64,000 nucleotides of DNA from Octopus sinensis (taxonomy: Eukaryota), in assembly GCF_006345805.1 (NCBI RefSeq), contig NC_043008.1, positions 35,588,001 through 35,652,000 of the forward strand, written 5' to 3'. Each line of letters opens with the position of its first letter. Positions within the stretch are counted from its first letter, which is position 1. The translations under genes and the position numbers were made by a program. Positions 41,244 through 53,337 of the stretch are shown piece by piece. Under the pieces are notes generated by a model that worked only from the letters and a program-made list of their open reading frames with translations, had not been told where the DNA came from and made no database searches.

Positions 41244-42098
41244 CAGGGTGTTCGGGGTAGATTTGACAATTTTTGTTACCTTTTTTTATTAGAGAAGAGC
41301 CGATGGTGTGAGAAAGCATAAAGATTAAAGTTCTAGTCGAGAAAAAGTTAGCTGACATGGAGGACTTGAAGCCATCTGAATATTGGAAAAGAGTTAGTTG
41401 TATCATGATGATTCGTGTCAAAATGCCAATATCATGACTGCTGCTCAAAGCTCTGTGAACACTGCAAAAGGATGTAAGACATGTTATGGACAGTTGCAAC
41501 AAAGACTATGAAACCGTGTCCATCAGCAAAGGACACAGCAGGCGTTCCAACTGCGTCTGCACACTGAAATTCACTCAACACCTGATGAACAGGTCTTTAG
41601 GCTCAATTCAGACGGTTATGTGAAGCTACTGGAGACTGTGGCCAATCCAGGGTTGCTGGCTAGAGGTTCATTTGTGTAACGAGATTTGGCTCCTTAGCAC
41701 ACCTCTGTAGTCAGTAGTGGTCGTCGGTGAATTTTTACGATTTCAGCAACCCTAATTTCTGGCCGTCTAATTCCCCCAATCGTAATCTCATGGCTTACTA
41801 TGTGCATGGCACAATTAACAAAAGAACTAACTGCCCTGCCTGCAACTCCAAGGCCGAGCGGGTGGACAAGGTCAAGGAGGTGTTTGAAGATCTTCACAGG
41901 GACACAGTGAGGAACGCACACACCAAGTTCCAAAGCTGTCTTGAGGCCGTGGTGGAAGCTGACGGCAGCTACTTTGAGTAAACCGTTACCTCTAGCCATA
42001 ACCTAGTTAGTAGTTTTTGATTTTTTAAATACTTTTATTTTTGGATGGAATCTTGTGTTTTCTTTCTTCGTGCTGTCAAATTTAACCAGAGCACTCTG
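41244..42098 (+). mobile_element. Internally deleted Tc1/mariner element, maT (DD37D)-like
   Basis: TIRs CAGGGTGTTCGGGGTAGATTTGACA and reverse complement CAGAGTGCTCTGGTTAAATTTGACA, each next to TA. C-terminal remnant NFWPSNSPNRNLMAYYVHG...FQSCLEAVVEADGSYFE resembles WPPNSPDxNPxDYxVW. Confidence 0.8.
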
Positions 42099-42138
<40 letters not shown>

Positions 42139-42141
42139 TAT

Positions 42142-42178
<37 letters not shown>

Positions 42179-42316
42179 CACATATCTATATATATATATA
42201 CACATATTACATACATAAACACATATTTTACATAAATATATGTACATACATATATAAATACATATGCATACATACATACATACATACATACATACATACA
42301 TACATACATACATACA

Positions 42317-42348
<32 letters not shown>

Positions 42349-42358
42349 AATACATACA

Positions 42359-44058
42359 TTTATTTTCCAGTCAGTTGTGTTAAGAATTATATAATATAAA
42401 TAATATAAATCTATAAATCTGATGTCTACAATAGATTATGTCCAAACTTCATTCCATTATTCCATTGTTTAACAGCCAATTATCATACAACCAATACAAA
42501 TGTTGTGTATATGAAAGACTTTGTATTCAATATCACTCCATGGTAAAGATGGTATTTGTTTAAACTGTTACATACATAGGCCATTGCAAAACAGCATAAG
42601 ATGGGGATTTTTTTTTCCAAGCAGTTGGTTTAAAAAACAAAACAAAACAAAACAAAAACATGACTCTGTAAACATATTAACTATTACTTATAAGCTTGAA
42701 TGCATTTACGTGTTAAAACACATTTTATAAATAAACACATTTATTAAATGTAATGCTTTTTATTATTACTTTATTGGTTTCAGCCCGTGGGCTGTATAAC
42801 CATGTTGGCATACTACTGTTGTATATAAAACAACAATACATTCAATCATGTTCACACACACACACACACACACACAGAGTTAAGTAACTAGATGTTACAT
42901 ATCTATAGCTAATACACTGTCTAAAAACACACAAGTCCACAAAAACAGGCACTTGTGTATTGCTTAATGAAATGGGTATATTATCATTATTAATAAAACA
43001 CGATACTATATACTTATATCAGCCATTTTGCCAATTGGTTTCATACCAAGATTTGAGAAAAATCCCAGCAATCATCAGAAAACGGTTGGATGGTACGGTA
43101 ATGCATGGGGTCAGCTTTTTCTGATGATTACTAGGATTTTTTTAACTCCTGGTATGGAACTAATTGATAAATTGGTTGTCAGAATATTCAGTTGTATTAT
43201 TAATAATAATATAGCAATACATATATACACACACCTTGTGAGTAAGGTATTGGAATCTTATATGTATACCATTCTGCCTAATTAATGGATCTACAAACGC
43301 AATATCCCTGCATACCTCACATCTATTTTCATTCCTCCACTTCACTCTCTATTTTGTATCTTATCTAAATTAACTATTGCATAACCATTTTCTCACATCG
43401 TTTCCGATGAAGGGATATAATAAATACCCTGGAAACAGCTGTAAGACCTTCTATTTATAAATGTTCTAAAATCATCACAGCCTTGGTTTTCTTATCTCAT
43501 TCTGAAAAACAATTTTATATATATATATATACGGACACATTAAAGACACAAGCTACCATTGCATTTGCTAAATAATTAAATATATTTGATCATACTTTGA
43601 TAGTTTTATTGTATTTTAATTCTAATCTCTGTCTAATTCATATATTTGATAATGGGGTGTTGAGTACAAAATATTCGAATGATTCACAAGTCTAAATCCA
43701 TTTCAAAATATTTCATTGTGTTTTTGAGGTAAAAGACATCATTTCTCATCATCTGACTTCTCTAACATTTGGGGATAGGTACCAAAGCATCTGAAAATAT
43801 TACTTGGCATTCTACATTTTAATTCTAATTTATTCCACACCATGCAATCAGAGCTAAGCACCAACTCACAATGACCCACATCATATCTTGTAGCCATAAA
43901 ACATTAAAAAATAACCTGTTATCAATTCTGATTCTTTTCTCGATGTTTGGATTGTTATGACAACAAAAAAGACATTTTTGCTGGCACCAAAAGTCCACGC
44001 TTGCATTTATAAAATAAAAAGCTAAAAAGCATACAGAAAATAGTTTTGAAGTCACTGT
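42359..44058 (-). other. Probable long AT-rich 3' UTR of the ASB gene
   Basis: Largely repeat-free AT-rich sequence after the stop codon. Minus-strand AATAAA at 43605-43610, 42770-42775, 42759-42764, 42740-42745 and 42359-42364. The cleavage site cannot be determined. Confidence 0.4.
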
Positions 44059-44907
44059 TTAAAGGAATAACAGATAGTTTTTTATGGTTAATGGAACTGG
44101 TAAGTTGCTTACTCTATTCTGTAAATAAACCCCTTGCATACATTTCCGTATAACAATACGACAATAAGATTCTAGAGATCGTGGTGTTTGCAACCAAGTA
44201 AGAATGGTTTTAATGGTAGAATTTGAACCAATACTGTTTGACATAGATTGATGTCTCTGAAAATCCGAGAGCCATTCCTCATTATCTAAATTGTAACCAC
44301 TTTCCAGGAGAAGTTTGCAGTTTTCTTGGTCTTTAATATGTACCAAATTAGCTAATGGTGTTCCTTGTCCAAAAATAACATGGTTATTAGAATTACAGCC
44401 ACTCTTTATGAGAGTAGAAATAACTTCTGAATGTCCATAGAAAGTTGCATAATGAATAGCTGAAGCTCGCAACCTGTCCACTGCGCAAGGATTTGCTCCA
44501 TTATTGAGCAAACTAGTAATAATATTCTGACAGCCAACCATTGAAGCAGTTATAATTGGTGTAACATTGTCCCGGTCAACACAATTCACATCAGCTTTGT
44601 TTTTTATCAGGTATAAGGTAACATTTTCCTGACGACCAATACATGCCCAATGAAGTGGTGTGCGGCCATAACAAGGATCCTTGTGGTTGATATAAGCACC
44701 AGCCTTCAGAAGATAATCAACGATATCCAGATTACCAGCATAACAAGCTCCTGCTAGAATCGTAGTGTTCTCTTGCTTGTCTGGGTTGTGGACGACTGAA
44801 TTGACACTCATTCCACTGCTGATCAGTTGCTGTACAGTGTGTAGATCATTACTGGATATTGCCTGAGACATTTGACCATCCCGGTCAAAGTTCACAGTGA
44901 ATGCCAT
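44059..44907 (-). CDS. Ankyrin repeat and SOCS box-containing protein (ASB family), about 282 aa from Met31 of the track ORF; all coding sequence seen lies in one exon
   Basis: About six ankyrin repeats (e.g. GRTPLHWACIGRQENVTLYLIKNKADVN, NVTPIITASMVGCQNIITSLLNNGANP) followed by a C-terminal SOCS box (TPRSLESYCRIVIRKC...SNLPVPLTIKNYLLFL). The first 23 codons of the 44997 ORF are intron-like and end in an acceptor (tttgttcttctttccacAG, AG at 44928-44927). First in-frame ATG after it is 44907. An upstream coding exon cannot be excluded. Confidence 0.9.
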   Translation of the reverse strand: MAFTVNFDRDGQMSQAISSNDLHTVQQLISSGMSVNSVVHNPDKQENTTILAGACYAGNLDIVDYLLKAGAYINHKDPCYGRTPLHWACIGRQENVTLYLIKNKADVNCVDRDNVTPIITASMVGCQNIITSLLNNGANPCAVDRLRASAIHYATFYGHSEVISTLIKSGCNSNNHVIFGQGTPLANLVHIKDQENCKLLLESGYNLDNEEWLSDFQRHQSMSNSIGSNSTIKTILTWLQTPRSLESYCRIVIRKCMQGVYLQNRVSNLPVPLTIKNYLLFL

Positions 44908-44926
44908 TGGAATTACGCACCATTTA

Positions 44927-44960
44927 CTGTGGAAAGAAGAACAAATACGTATTAAGATTA
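44927..44960 (-). promoter_or_regulatory. 3' splice acceptor preceding the ASB coding exon
   Basis: Minus strand reads taatcttaatacgtatttgttcttctttccacAG|TAAATGG: branch-like ttaat, pyrimidine tract, CAG. Confidence 0.75.
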
Positions 44961-45999
44961 ACATAACATAGCAAAACAAATTGTTTCTTATATACACAAA
45001 ATAATACTAATTACAAAACTAGTTGGAATATGAGCCCTTCTAACCAAGGTCAGATTATTTTTTAACCTTTTTATTCTAAATAGAACCTCTGTCTTTTCCG
45101 TCTCTGCTAAAATATTCCAGATTCTTCTAAATTTATTGATCAAGAACCATCTCTAATTTAACACTACCACCTGGTACACTTTGGGTGGTTTTAACAGAAT
45201 CCACTCAGTTACTAGAATTTGAACCAAGTCTGAGAATATTGAGATCTTCCTCACTTTCTATCAAAAAAGTCGCAGGTTCTGCTCTACCAATTTTTCACTA
45301 AACCATGAAAAGACCCTTGTCATAGCCAGCTTGTTTTCTCCTATCATAGTACTAAATACCATAGGACTGGATACCATTCAAATCCTTTATCCATAGAATT
45401 GTAATACATTTTGAAAACCTATTTGGAATACAAACTTACAATACAAACTAAATTTTTAAAGAATCAGACTCAGTTATTTCTGTTCTTCTATCTGGAAAGA
45501 CCTCAGTTGGCTGCAAATGCAGTTTTTCTCATCTGGTTGCTTAATAAAAATGAAAGTTTAATGTCTCATTCCTTATTTTGTGAAAGCAGCAATCCAGCTG
45601 GTTGATTTGGGGCTTATCACTGCAATAAGAAGCATCTTTATAATTCTAATTTTGCACCATTTACCAGGGAACCTAAATTCTTTTCTACCAGGAGCTAATA
45701 TTTATGATTTTGTGTGCAGGTAAGAATATCTGAATTCTTTTTTATATAGAGTTTATAAATTCAATTCTTCATCACAGAAATAGTGTGATGTCATAAAAAA
45801 AAAAACATTGTACATATTGTCATAAAACAGACATATCTAATAAAAATACAGCAGCAGTGGGGGGGGGGGCGCATGTGCATGCAAACACACATGCATGTGC
45901 ATGGGTGTATTGAAACTTCATAGTTGAACAACTGTGTTTTATATTCATTATTTCCATGACAATAATATAGGGTAGGATGGTTTTAGAAAGATTTAGATA

Positions 46000-46417
46000 A
46001 GGCAGCAAGATGGCAGAAACATTAGCACACCCGGTGAAATGCCTAGCAGTATTTCGTCTGCCGTTACATTCTGAGTTTAAATTCCGCTGAGGTCGACTTT
46101 GCCTTTCATTCTTTTGGGGTCGATAAATTAAGTACCAGTTATGCACTGGGGTCGATGTAATTGACTTAATCCCTTTGTCTGTCCTTGTTTGTCCCCTCTG
46201 TGTTTAGCTCCTTGTGGGTAGTAAAGAAATAGGTATTTCGTCTGTCTTTACGTTTTGAGTTCAAGTTCCGCTGAGGTTGACTTTGCCTTTCACCCTTTCG
46301 GGGTCGATTAAATAAGTACCAGTTATGCACTGGGGTCGATATAATCAACTTAATCCCATTGTCTGTCCTTGTTTGTCCCCTCTATGTTTAGCCCCATGTG
46401 GGCAATAAAGAAATAAG
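46000..46417 (+). mobile_element. SINE family B with tandemly duplicated body (about 183 bp period)
   Basis: ctgagtt.aa.ttccgctgagg..gactttgcctttca...ggggtcga...aagtaccag occurs twice. Other copies at about 11555-11740, 12990-13130, 16035-16225, 26150-26360, 33795-33935, 49045-49275, 53757-53960, 54933-55135. Confidence 0.75.
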
Positions 46418-46855
46418 AAAGATTTGGATATTTACAAAATTGGGAACCACTGTTTTACATCTAGATCCTTTTTCCAGTTAATAGATCAGACAATTGAGCC
46501 AGTTTCTTAACTTGCCATAATCAAATCAACCCCAGAACTTGCTTTTTTTAAAAGTCTGGTACTTATTCAATCCACCCTTTTTGCTCAACTTGCTAATTTT
46601 GTGGCGATGGACACAAAAACAAAACAAAGCTGTCAATTAGTGGTGGGAGGACTAACACAAAGACATACAGACACACACCACAAACACACACATGATGGGC
46701 TTCTTTCAGTTTCCATCTACCAAATCCACTGACAAAGCTTTAGTTGACCAAGGGCTGTAATAGAAGGCACTTGCGCAAGACGATGCAGCAAAACTAAGCC
46801 CAAGGCCACATTGTTGGGAAGCAAACTTCTTAGCTCCAAAGCTATGCCTTCACCT

Positions 46856-46891
<36 letters not shown>

Positions 46892-47914
46892 ACACACACA
46901 CACACATATGCATACACACACATGCACATACACACATATTCACCAATGCTAGCGTTGGTTGTAAAGGTCGACAACTCTCAGAGGTCAACTGTTACTTCGT
47001 CTGTAAAACTCATAAGAGCTGACCTCAGTCTCCCTAGTATGTCTTCCCCAGTTTTCCCCTTCTGTTACTATATTTTAGTATCAACAAATGCTACATTTTT
47101 CACCTTACACTCATTATCTATTCAAATCACGTAAACATCCCACTATGCTGACTAGTGTGTGTATATTGTCTAATGCAGCTTTAGTTGAATTATGCTCACT
47201 CTGTTTTCTAAGTTAATGACAGATATCTTACAGATCATGCATGCTTGCATGAATTAGTTTCCATCTTCCACAGATTTGCATTCAATGTCCATGTTCTGTC
47301 ACATTCTTGTAGCATCACACTTTTATATATGTTTTTGATAGATTTTCATTTGTTTTGTTGTTGGTTTTAGTTTTTTCCTGTACAGGAGGCAAAGTCTTTC
47401 ATCACCAACAGATGCAGCAGCTTCACTGATTTCACCTATCTCCCAATCCAAACAATTCTTTTTTTAATTGCAACCATCTCCAGTAGTAATTGCACATCAA
47501 CAATTCCATAAGGAGTGGCTGTGTGGTAAGTAGCTTGCTTACCAACCACATGGTTCTGGGTTCAGTCCCACTGCATGACACCTTGGGTAAGTGTCTTCTA
47601 CTATAGCCTTGGGCCAACCAAAGCCTTGTGAGTCGATTTGGTAGATGGAAACTGATTATGTAACCACGTGGACTGTTGACAATTTTTTTCGTCCATCTTC
47701 CTTTTCTCTTGGACTTTCCTCTGTCTCCTGTTTCTGAAGAAGAGCTTTGCTTGAAACATATAATACCCCTTTCTTTCCTTCTCAGAGTGTCTTATTAATA
47801 CTTTTCATGTACCGCATGCTTACTTTGTTGTTTTTTTCTTGTCTTTTTTTTACTCTTAAATCCTTAAAAATGTTTTAGCCCGAAGGCCGCGGCCATGCTG
47901 GGGCACCACCGCTG

Positions 47915-47954
<40 letters not shown>

Positions 47955-48384
47955 ACAGGCTTCTTTTAGTTTCTGTCTACCAAATCTACTCACAAGGATT
48001 TGATCAGTCTGAGGCTATAGTAGAAAGCACTTGCCCAATGAACCATGCAGTGAGACTGAACCTGGAACCATGTGGTTGGAAAGCAAGCTTCTTACCATAC
48101 ATCCACACCTGTGCCTACCATTATGAAAGAAGATGTGCTATCACTATATAAGATTTCTCAAGAATGGTTATTTCTTTATTAAGAATAATGAATATTACTT
48201 ACATTGGATATATATTTATGCTTATAGAGTGAAATATATTAATACATAGGTAGCAGACTTTATCTTTGAGCATTTAAACCAACCATATTCAGCCCAAATA
48301 TTCTATCTCTTTTATGTTCAAACCAGCCAGATCTGATCTCTCATACCTAACTGACAATTTCATTCTAAAAATAAACAATCAGAG

Positions 48385-48722
48385 AACATGATGGAGTAAG
48401 TTCAGAGAACTTTTACTTCTGTTGGCAACCAAAGACCTCTCTCTGCAAGTGAAGGGAAGATTGTATGATGTATGTGTATCAACTGCAATGCTACATGGTA
48501 GTGAGACATGGGTCCTGAATGCAGAGGACATGCAATGGTTGGAAAGGAACAAAGCAGGTATGCTCCACTGGATGTGTCATGTTAGTGTGCATGGGTGACA
48601 GAGCACTGGTGTATCGAGAGAGAAGCTGAGCATAAGAGGAATTATATGCTGTGTCCAAAGGAGGAGATTATGTTGGTTTGGTCATGTGATGTAGATAGAT
48701 GAAGACAATTACTTAAAGAAGA
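48385..48722 (+). mobile_element. RTE-clade LINE internal fragment (RT C-terminal region)
   Basis: WSKFRELL..L...LSLQVKGRLYDVCVSTAMLHGSETW...LERNKAGMLHWMC...RRRLCWFGHVM, with stops. Confidence 0.8.
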
Positions 48723-49959
48723 ACCAATATACATACATTAATAGGTGCAGGCATGACTATGTGGTAAGAAAGTTGCTTCCCAAGCATGTAGTCTTGGGTT
48801 CAGTTCCACTGAACAGCACACTGGGTACTATGGACTCAGGGTGACCAAAACCTAGTGCGTATACTTGACAGACAGAAACTGAAAGAAGCCCAACAAATGT
48901 ATACATGTGTATGTGTGTGTCCTTGCATTTCCCCTCACCACTGCTTGAAAACCAATGTTGGTTTGTTAATATTACCATAACTTAGTAGTTCAACAAAAAG
49001 AGATTAACAGAATAAGTACCATACTTATACAGAATAAGTACCAGGCAGTGAGCTGGCAGAAACATTAGCACGGTGGATGAAATGGTTAGCGGTATTTCGT
49101 CTACCGCTACGTTCTGAGTTCAAATTCTGCCAAGGTCGACTTTGCCTTTCATCCTTTCGGGGTCAATTAAATAAGTACCAGTTACGCACTGGGGTCGATA
49201 TAATCGACTTAATCCCTTTGTCTGTCCTTGTTTGTCCCCCTCTGTGTGTAGCCCATTGTGGGCAGTAAAGAAATAAGAATAAGTACCAGACTTTTAAAAA
49301 AAATAAGTACAGAGATTGATTTGTTTGAACCAGACTCTTCGAGGTGATGCTCTAGCATGGCCACAGTCCAAAGAATGAAACAAGTAAAAGATAAAAGATG
49401 AAACATTGAACTTACATATGCACAAATTTAAAGAATTAGAAATAGAACTATCAAGGAATTGAAATCCCCATGAAATATACCAAAAGACATGATACAAGAA
49501 TTATGCCGCCAATGCAACATACAAACATCACAACACATACTTTGTTTGATCAAGCCTGGAGTTATGAAAGGCAAAGTTGACCTCGGCAGGATTTGAACTC
49601 ATAACATATAAGATATATGACTAAACACTGTTGCAGGCATAAAAATGGTCGGGAATATCAAAGACAAGAATAAAATACCAACTGAACAAATGAATATTTT
49701 AAGCCAAATGAAAGCTTTGAATTAGACCAAAAGAAAATTGTCAAGATATATGCGTGCGCGTGCACATGTGTGTGTGTGTGTTTGTGTGTTTGTGTGTGGG
49801 TGTGTGTGTGTGTGTGTGTGTACACATACACACACATTGGAGCAAACGCTGGCAGACATTGCCATTTCCCAACAGTGGCAGAGAAAATGAAATGAATAAA
49901 ACAACAGTAACAATACTATCAACCACAATGAGGATAAAGCTACTACCACCACCATTAAT

Positions 49960-50005
49960 AACAACAACAACAACAACAACAACAACTATTATTATTATTA
50001 TCATT

Positions 50006-50036
<31 letters not shown>

Positions 50037-50177
50037 CCATACAAACCTTTTACAATCAGACACATGTAGTATTTACTGTGGTTGCAGTCAGATTGAAATG
50101 AAGGGAAAAGGTGACACATTTGCAATACAATGTCCAGCAAAATGAAATTACTATTAGCATTATAACATATATTATTA

Positions 50178-50208
<31 letters not shown>

Positions 50209-50315
50209 CATTATTTTTATTATCATCATTATTATTATTATTATTATCATTATTATCATTATTATTATTATTATCATTATTATTATTATTATTATCATTA
50301 TTTTTATTATTATTA

Positions 50316-50346
<31 letters not shown>

Positions 50347-50458
50347 CATTATTATTATTATTATTATCATTATTTTTATTATCATTATTTTATTATTATT
50401 ATTATTATTATTATTATCATTATTTTTATTATCATTATTATCATTATTTTTATTATCA

Positions 50459-50492
<34 letters not shown>

Positions 50493-51029
50493 CATCATCA
50501 TTATTATCATTATTTTTTATTATCATCATCATTATTATTATTATTATTATTATTAGTATTTCTGTAATTTTGTCTGTAAGTGTTTGCATTGTTTGTTTTC
50601 TATTTTGTTTGTTACTTGTTTCTTGTTTTTTTTTGTTATTTGTTTGCATGTCCATGTAACTAGGAAGAACAGAATTACTACAATAATAAGAAAAAAAACC
50701 TTCATCATCGTTCACATCACCATGGCCATGACCACTACCACCACTACCAACACCACTACCATCATCATCATCGCCATCATTACCATCCCCACAAAAACTA
50801 ACAGTACCAGCCCCATCATTTTTAATAGTAGTAGTAGCAGCAGTAGTAGTAGTTGTAGTAGTCACAGCAGCAGCAACAGCAGCACCCTCAGCAACAGTAG
50901 TGGTGGTAGTAGTAGTAGTGGTGGGTGGTGATGGTGGTGGTGGTAGAAGTAATAGTGGTCATGGTGGTGGTAGTAGTTGTAGTAGTAGTAGTGGTGGTGG
51001 TGGTTGTAGCGGTGGTGGTGCTGCTGGTG

Positions 51030-51072
<43 letters not shown>

Positions 51073-51240
51073 CCTCAGCAGCAGTAGCCTCAGAGTCATT
51101 ATCATCATCACCATCAGCATCATGTCCAGACATCATAGTAATTCATCAACATTGTCATTCTCACCGTCATTGCCAACGTCGTCATCATCGCCATCATTGT
51201 CGTCGTCATCATCGTCATTGTCGTCGTCGTAATGATCGTC
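49960..51240. repeat. Trinucleotide microsatellite field (AAC, ATT/ATC, CAT/ACC, AGT/GGT, GTC)
   Basis: Direct reading; source of the poly-I, poly-T and poly-S pseudo-ORFs. Confidence 0.95.
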
Positions 51241-51367
51241 ATGAATTGACAGCCAATGGACACAAAATGGAGGGAATAATATAAAAAAAAGTCACAAAGT
51301 AAAAAAAAATAAACAAAAACTAAACTAACCATAAAAAAAGCCAACACTGTAAAACACACACATACAG

Positions 51368-51398
<31 letters not shown>

Positions 51399-51695
51399 GT
51401 ATGTAAGTATGTGAGTATGTATATAAAGGTATGGCTAAGCTAGCAGCTGTAATATGGAAAATGGCCAAACATATGTTGTATGTTTGATTGAGACCATGTA
51501 TAATCAGTTTGCTGTTTGCTGTTCTGTTTCTTGTTATTATGTGGAAATATTCTCAGCCAGGCATTTGGCTGTTTATTCTGCCTCACCTTTTCTGATGTCA
51601 ATCTTCTGATACGAAATTAATACTGCTCGAAGAATATATATAATGAAATTATTATGAACGTACGTCAGACTCACTCTCTGTGTGTATGTGTGTGT

Positions 51696-51726
<31 letters not shown>

Positions 51727-52087
51727 ATATTTACATTTGTAAATTGTATTATTATACATTTGTACAAATAGATGTAAGCATACACACACACACACACACA
51801 CTCATAGATGTATACATACATGAGAGTATATCTGTTGCACTATATATGTATATGTATTTACAAACATACATACATACATAAGGGTATTTAAGCAAAATAT
51901 ACACTCTCTCTATATATAGATATATATATATATATGTTGGATGTACACAATTCATTATATACAAGTATGCATACACACACACACACACACACATACACAC
52001 ACACCACACACACACATACATATACATATAATGTATTGCGCATATCACACATTTACAGATAAAAATACATTACACATGTTTTATATT

Positions 52088-52123
<36 letters not shown>

Positions 52124-52319
52124 CATTCGTGCATGTTATTTATCATACATATGCAGAAAGTGTCCCTCAATCTACATCTGTATCAATAGATGAATAAGTG
52201 TGCAGGTGTGTATATATGTGTGCATGTGTATATACAAGTGTGTGCACATGTGTGTATTTTGATATAGACATAGATATGTAAATATACCTGTGTATGTATG
52301 CATATTCTATGTGTATGTG

Positions 52320-52363
<44 letters not shown>

Positions 52364-52519
52364 GATAGAAATGTTATGTGTGTGGCTTTGTGTGTCTTTG
52401 TCTTGACATCACATGAAAGTTGGAAATGTGCATTAAACATCATAGAAGCATTGTTGTTCGTTTCTAACCATCCATGGAAACATGTCCAGCCATAGGAAAA
52501 TATTACACTGCTTGCAAAC

Positions 52520-52617
52520 AAATGAGAGTTGGCAACAGGAAGGCCATCCAGGTGTAGAAAATCTGCCTCAATGAACTCCAGCTGAACCAAGCAAGCATGG
52601 AGAAGTGAACCATAAAA

Positions 52618-52651
<34 letters not shown>

Positions 52652-52737
52652 GGTGGTGGTGGTGGTGGTGGTGGTGGTGGTGGTGATGATGATGATGATG
52701 ATGATGGTGATGATGGTGATGATGATGATGATGATGA

Positions 52738-52782
<45 letters not shown>
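52520..52782 (+). mobile_element. Degenerate RTE-type 3' end with expanded (GAT)n/(GGT)n tail
   Basis: gttggcaacaggaaggccatccag...gcaagcatggagaagtg..cataaaatgatgatg; related to the reverse complement of 57107-57270. Confidence 0.6.
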
Positions 52783-52785
<3 letters not shown>

Positions 52786-53337
52786 TCACCTGTCAAGACC
52801 AACGTATGAGCGTCCAGTTGTTTAATTAACTGACCAACCTATTCATTAAATTGCTTTATAATTAAATATTCCACACACGCACACAAGCCTTTGCCATAAT
52901 CCTCAAACAGAATCAGTGTGGCACAGTGTGTCACATAACCCAACATGTCACACAGTCGCATCAAATCTATGATTATTTAGGTCACCTACTTTCATATCAC
53001 CGCCACCTTCATGATTAATTAGGTCACCTGTTTTCACTACAATCACCATCACCATCACCATCATCATCATCATCGTCATCATCATTTTGACATTCATACT
53101 TCTATGCTTGCAGGCTTGGATGGAGTTCAGTTAAGCTGGATTTTGCTGCAGCAGAATACTCTTCCTGTTACCAACACCTACCTACAAGTTTCCAGGTAAG
53201 GTAATATTTCTCCCATTACTACATGTGTTTACATGGAACACTGGGAATGAAGGGTGCTGCTCACACGACAGAGACAGTCTTTTACAAGTATCATGCTATT
53301 TCAAGACAAGGAAACAATAAAACACACAGACATTTAC

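Noticed and set aside
44929-44997. N-terminal extension of the 312 aa ORF (MYIRNNLF...)
   Set aside because: Coincides with a branch point and pyrimidine tract, so most likely intronic.
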